64,000 nucleotides of DNA from Candidatus Eiseniibacteriota bacterium (lineage in GTDB: Bacteria > Eisenbacteria > RBG-16-71-46 > JABDJR01). Made by a program: the position numbers and the translations under genes. Positions 61,001-64,000 of the stretch are shown in pieces. The notes under the pieces are model-generated. The model had not been told where the DNA came from, ran no database searches, and saw nothing but the letters and a program-made list of their open reading frames with translations. How positions within the stretch are numbered: the stretch's first letter is position 1; the number at the start of each line of letters is the position of its first letter. The stretch covers positions 832,040 to 896,039 of the forward strand of contig CALOCN010000001.1 of NCBI GenBank assembly GCA_942491735.1, read 5' to 3'.

Positions 61001-62139
61001 GGGGCGTTCCCCGACTGTGGGCCGGTTCGTCGCGACAGGGAACCCTCCAGAGCGATCATGTCGAGCTGGAGTTCATTCCCCAGGATCAGCTGGGACCGTT
61101 CCGGGTCACCCGGGTGACCCCGGAAGACGACGGCTACCGGGTGATGTTGGAGTGGCCCCCGGGAGCCGGGTGCAGCCCCCTGCTGACCCGCACGGGGTCC
61201 ATGGATCGTCTGAATGGGGTGGGCGATCACTTCGGGACCGACCTCATCTCCCCCGGCGAAACGGTTCACTACACCCTGGGGGGCAAGTTCTGCCAGCCGA
61301 CGACCCTGACCGTTCGCGGGGGGCCGCCCCAGGATCCCGTGGTGGTCTGGGACGGCGGGGATCTCGTGGTGGATCTCGAGCGGCCGTTGATCGATGTGCC
61401 CCAGGAGATCCGGTTCCTCCCCTCCGGGCACCGACCGTCCTCGGTACACTTCGACCGGGAAGGGCGGCGGCTACGGATTGGCGCCGACGGTTTTCGCCCC
61501 CTGCGAGTCGAGATCACCGGTGCGTGGGACGTGGACGGCCTGCCGCTGGGCGGCGCCGCACGGTCCGAGGCGAGGGTCCCCGACGCACCCGAGGAAGCCC
61601 CCCCCGTCGTCCTGGAGACGGTGGAAGCCTTGGCCGGCGGAACCCGGCTCCGGGCCACGCTCACCGGCATCACCCTGCTTCCGCAGTGCGACACGCCCCT
61701 GTTTCGGCTGTTGCCCCAGGGATGGACCCTCGACGTGGAGAGCCAGGAGCCGGCAGACCTCGAGGACGGTTCCGGGATGCTGGCCACGCTCATCCTCCCC
61801 CAGACCCTGGCCGCCGGCCGCTATCGCCTGGAGTTGGACCCGGTCTGTCTCGGCGCCACCGCCGGTGCCCAAGGTCTGACCCGGGACGTCACGGTGGGGA
61901 TCGGGGTGTTCCCCAATCCCGTCCCACCGGGGGCGACGTTGCGGCTCGAGAACGCCCCCGAGGGGTCTGGGGCGGTCCTGCTGGAGCCTGGAGGTCTGGT
62001 GGCGCGCCGTTGGGATGGCCTTCAGCCGGGAATCCAGTCACTGGCGGTGGACGGTCTGGCTCCAGGGCTCTATCTGTTACGGATCGAGGCCTCGGACGGT
62101 GCCACCCTGGCCATCGAGAAGGTGGTACTCGTTCGCTAG
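58042..62139 (+). CDS. Giant (1365 aa) secreted S8 subtilisin-family peptidase with FG-GAP-like repeats and a T9SS C-terminal sorting domain.
   Basis: A GTG start gives MRFRLVSRLTGACCAALLAGTASA. The catalytic motifs are AVIDMGVE (Asp), HGHGTQVAGVAAAT (His) and GTSFSAPLVAGAAAL (Ser). The C-terminus is VFPNPVPPGATLRLE...GLYLLRIEASDGATLAIEKVVLVR. Confidence 0.8.
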   Translation: MRFRLVSRLTGACCAALLAGTASAQVPRVTPGEVIVRGSAEAIAPRSGGLAPLAAGSLESLIRVAGHAVRDVSRISVGNAFPGGAWVVRFDSGASPEAMAAELARDPRIAWATPNHVLSLDPAPESPAGGSGIPLPQDVIFDDPRLGEQWSLIDAHVMDAWETSLGEGRIIAVIDMGVEISHPDLQDRILINVVERDGLPGVDDDGNGFVDDVTGFDFTDAPNLTGIQDYVDRDNDPSDEHGHGTQVAGVAAATSNNARGIAGVAPRASILALRAGFSTGLPFANALLQEDDAAAAIVYAADRGAHILNLSWGDRIETPLIRDAVAYARSKGCLVVAAAGNGATNRAFLPAAHPGVLSVGASSRDRQPVQFSNYGHDLDLMAPGVALLTTGLRGSYTEASGTSFSAPLVAGAAALVWSRNPTWSADQVAWAVRLSADGAQEGWDPRTGWGYLDARALVAMDAAPPVLWMDPGRLVAGGVGIDGSIAHPALVDWSLSVFPDRDQLEPIEEITLIPSSTRQAVGSELSRFQAPDPTTDPTWIARLQVRVSGLPLIEVRERLLLPAPVLDASNVRVEPQVGPQDLDLVVTWESSARYQGALLLDEASVSAGFAEEMGLAFTHAVRLPAPNRGGEVSLQLMGRPAPFADLTPVARVTATLPPDVAFLATGRPSPFPAGAPFHRTVDLDGDLLPEVLVETPIENGLYGGIARYEISPDGGAEFVDAPFIQGIPVDVGDTDADGLMEMIVFRIDGWKLFESREAHRTPDRTVYSESGSDTVPIRFVGRTMMGVSGNRLVLFGYDVTATMNRLGEAEAPVDFLLPGGAQVDVDGDGLSEFLVTGSDGNLYAFDLTESSVNYRERFVLPVPVTGDLLGSQSGMNLITLENDPTQPGKPGDLDRAATRLRTWRFQEGVPVETGSLAFSGLLTGADVQMSPGTSPQEHLLLRRRGRVDYVYLDVDRSTGPDAMTPRWGGRMLDSDIAGLGGVVEVYGGVPRLWAGSSRQGTLQSDHVELEFIPQDQLGPFRVTRVTPEDDGYRVMLEWPPGAGCSPLLTRTGSMDRLNGVGDHFGTDLISPGETVHYTLGGKFCQPTTLTVRGGPPQDPVVVWDGGDLVVDLERPLIDVPQEIRFLPSGHRPSSVHFDREGRRLRIGADGFRPLRVEITGAWDVDGLPLGGAARSEARVPDAPEEAPPVVLETVEALAGGTRLRATLTGITLLPQCDTPLFRLLPQGWTLDVESQEPADLEDGSGMLATLILPQTLAAGRYRLELDPVCLGATAGAQGLTRDVTVGIGVFPNPVPPGATLRLENAPEGSGAVLLEPGGLVARRWDGLQPGIQSLAVDGLAPGLYLLRIEASDGATLAIEKVVLVR

Positions 62140-62197
62140 CAGTCGGTTACAAGCATTATCATTCGTGGATCTAAATATATAAATACATGTGCATGAG

Positions 62198-63043
62198 TTA
62201 CTTGATTACGTCCCTGGCTGGTTTATCCAGGGGCCATTCCAGGAGGGTGAGGGTCCCATTCTGGAGCCGGGCGCAGGTATACGAGCGGAACCAGTCTCCC
62301 AGAATCATCATTTGCCCGGCTTCCGTGGTGCGGTGCACGGCCACGTGGTGGTGACCCATCAGCACCGCGTCGGCGTCGGTCTCCAAGGCGGGTAGCGCCA
62401 CGTGCTGGTAGATGCTGTCCACGTCGACCTGGTGCCCGGAGGTGTGGTCCCGGCTCACGTTCGAAGACGAGAGCGCGAGGGGGATGCCGAGATCCGGGTG
62501 GATCCAGCGGAAGAGACGAATGGCCAACGGGTTACGAAACACCCGCTTGAGAAACTTGTACCCGTTGTCCCCGGGGCCCAGCCCGTCGCCGTGATAGAGC
62601 TTCAGGCGAAGCCCCTGAGCCCCCATGACCGTGCCGTCTTCCAGGACCTCGATCGCCGTTTCCGATCTGAGGAAGTTCTCCATCCAGAAATCGTGGTTGC
62701 CTCCCACGTACCGGATCGGCGTCCCGGCGCGGGCGCTGGCGTCCAGCCGGGCCAATACATTGAACCCCGCCCGGGGGATCACCGTCTTGTACTCGAACCA
62801 GAAGTCGAACAGGTCCCCCAGGATGTACAGTGAGCCGGATTCGGCCTCGACACGCTCCAGCAGGGTCAGCAGCCGCTCTTCCTTCTCGGTTTCCGAGTCC
62901 CGGGAGGACCCCCCGAGGTGGATATCGCTGACAAAGTACAGGGCGCCGGCCGGGTCCACCCGCAGGTGTTGGGTGGCGGAGGCGGAGGGCGTGATGGGGT
63001 CGGTGGGTGGGGTCATGGGTGGGAAGGCCCGATGGGAATCCAA
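62198..63043 (-). CDS. lpxH: UDP-2,3-diacylglucosamine diphosphatase LpxH-like calcineurin-type metallophosphoesterase.
   Basis: The motifs are YFVSDIHLG, GDLFDFW and GNHD, matching the LpxH/metallophosphoesterase pattern. The start may instead be the internal Met at 63016. Confidence 0.6.
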   Translation of the reverse strand: MDSHRAFPPMTPPTDPITPSASATQHLRVDPAGALYFVSDIHLGGSSRDSETEKEERLLTLLERVEAESGSLYILGDLFDFWFEYKTVIPRAGFNVLARLDASARAGTPIRYVGGNHDFWMENFLRSETAIEVLEDGTVMGAQGLRLKLYHGDGLGPGDNGYKFLKRVFRNPLAIRLFRWIHPDLGIPLALSSSNVSRDHTSGHQVDVDSIYQHVALPALETDADAVLMGHHHVAVHRTTEAGQMMILGDWFRSYTCARLQNGTLTLLEWPLDKPARDVIK

Positions 63044-63171
63044 CGAATGGGTGGAACGCTCTCGGACAGGATCCGTATGATATCGGAAGACGCGGGACCG
63101 TGCCCCCTCGCAACGGGTTCAACGTCCGGCCCCGGGCCATTTCTGGACCCCGACCCCTCGCCGGAGAGGAC

Positions 63172-64000
63172 ATGAACCAAATGCATCGCATCATCCGACA
63201 GGCCAAGACCCTGCTCATCTCGGGGGTTTTGATCGCGTCCGGCCTGATCCTTGGCCTTGGGCTTGCCGCCACCCTGCGTGACGGCCAGCCGTCCGCGTTG
63301 GAGGGGGTGGCCGCCCAGTCCACCGCGTCACGTTCGGCAACCACCCCCCCCGATGTGCCGGGCTCCCTGTGGGAACAGCCCCCGGTGGACCGGACCGGGC
63401 TCGAGAGCCCCTTCACCCGACTGGCCGCCCGGGTGGTTCCGGCGGTGGTCTCGGTCGAGACCCAGCGGGAGTTCCGCCACCCGCGGGTCCGTGGGGGCGA
63501 TCGCCTGCGTCGCATGCTGGGTGACGATGACGAGGATCCCGGGGACGAGGAGATGGAGGTCCCCTCCACCGGGTCGGGATTCATTTTCGACGCCGCCGGC
63601 TACGTCTTCACCAACGACCATGTCGTGGCCGGTTCCGTGCGGCATTCGGTGACCCTGCACGACGGGCGGGTGTTCGAGGCGACCCTCATCGGGACCGATC
63701 CGTTGACCGACGTCGCGGTCCTCCAAATCAACCTGCCGGCCGGTGAGGAACCCCTGCCCACCATTCCCCTGGGAAACTCGGACGCGGTGCGGGTGGGGGA
63801 TTGGGCCATCGCGGTGGGGAACCCGCTGGGCGAGCTGGAAGCAACCCTCACCGTGGGGGTGGTGAGCGCGATGGGACGGCGCAATCTCCGGATCGCCGGG
63901 GGAGGCCCGGTGTACCAGGACTTCTTCCAGACCGATGCCTCCATCAACTTCGGCAACTCCGGCGGACCGTTGGTCAACGTACGCGGCGAGGTCATGGCCA
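63172..64000 (+). CDS. htrA: HtrA/DegP-family trypsin-like serine protease. N-terminal part; the gene continues beyond the window end.
   Basis: GGAGAGGA precedes the ATG at 63172. The signal/TM segment is LLISGVLIASGLILGLGLAA. The catalytic His context is YVFTNDHVVAG, the Asp context is DVAVLQI and the Ser context is GNSGGPLVN. Confidence 0.8.
   Translation, partial: MNQMHRIIRQAKTLLISGVLIASGLILGLGLAATLRDGQPSALEGVAAQSTASRSATTPPDVPGSLWEQPPVDRTGLESPFTRLAARVVPAVVSVETQREFRHPRVRGGDRLRRMLGDDDEDPGDEEMEVPSTGSGFIFDAAGYVFTNDHVVAGSVRHSVTLHDGRVFEATLIGTDPLTDVAVLQINLPAGEEPLPTIPLGNSDAVRVGDWAIAVGNPLGELEATLTVGVVSAMGRRNLRIAGGGPVYQDFFQTDASINFGNSGGPLVNVRGEVMA

Overview
This is a high-GC window, about two-thirds G+C by eye and not computed, from a Gram-negative bacterium that uses sigma-54 and type IX secretion (T9SS). 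Seven proteins end in the Por_Secre_tail/FlgD-Ig-like C-terminal sorting domain, and a PorV-like barrel gene sits next to a giant S8 protease. Many antisense ORFs in the six-frame track are long because stop codons are rare at this GC content; I treated them as artefacts.

Housekeeping genes: typA (partial), eno-ftsB, rlmN, an lpxH-like gene, htrA (partial) and an initiator-type tRNA-Met.

Secreted and outer-membrane content: a giant choice-of-anchor-like protein, a spondin_N lipoprotein, a beta-propeller protein, and several hydrolases carrying the T9SS sorting domain (an EEP nuclease/phosphatase, two S8 subtilases, an M6 InhA-like protease and an HExxH protein). Two outer-membrane barrels are present: one DUF481 and one Omp85-like.

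Signalling and regulation:
- a 1328-aa protein with two class-III nucleotidyl cyclase domains, a P-loop ATPase and a TPR-like region
- a convergent Ser/Thr kinase with a cNMP-binding domain
- an NtrC/NtrY-type two-component pair
- an ECF sigma factor with a zf-HC2 anti-sigma factor
- a TPR-GAF-AAA sigma-54 enhancer-binding protein, followed by two readable -24/-12 promoters
- an ArsR-family regulator

Mobile DNA:
- an ISL3-family insertion sequence sits exactly in the T-tract of an intrinsic terminator, flanked by an 8-bp T duplication.
- a lower-GC block of about 6 kb lies next to the tRNA. It contains two 69-bp direct repeats of the tRNA 3' end plus its downstream hairpin, an AbiEi/AbiEii pair, a T9SS-tagged S8 protease and a HigA-HTH/ImmA-peptidase fusion.

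Most interesting is a compact locus at 15908-19092. A roughly 316-aa protein with two DDxxD motifs spaced as in a ComQ-like trans-isoprenyl synthase is translationally coupled to the cyclase gene. A 68-aa peptide with an NHLP/Nif11-type leader follows; it has a Gly-Gly site and a C-terminal Cys and contains no Trp. Next comes a 6-TM protein, then a cNMP-binding Ser/Thr kinase on the opposite strand. I read this as a candidate prenylated-peptide (RiPP or pheromone-like) system; I cannot tie it to any described system from sequence alone.

Also notable:
- a roughly 140-aa Cys-punctuated domain present three times, twice in the giant T9SS protein and once in a Cys-rich secreted protein
- a sigma-54-driven module: enhancer-binding protein, AAA+ ATPase, Cys-rich protein, CPBP intramembrane protease and lipoprotein

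No CRISPR array and no rRNA were seen.
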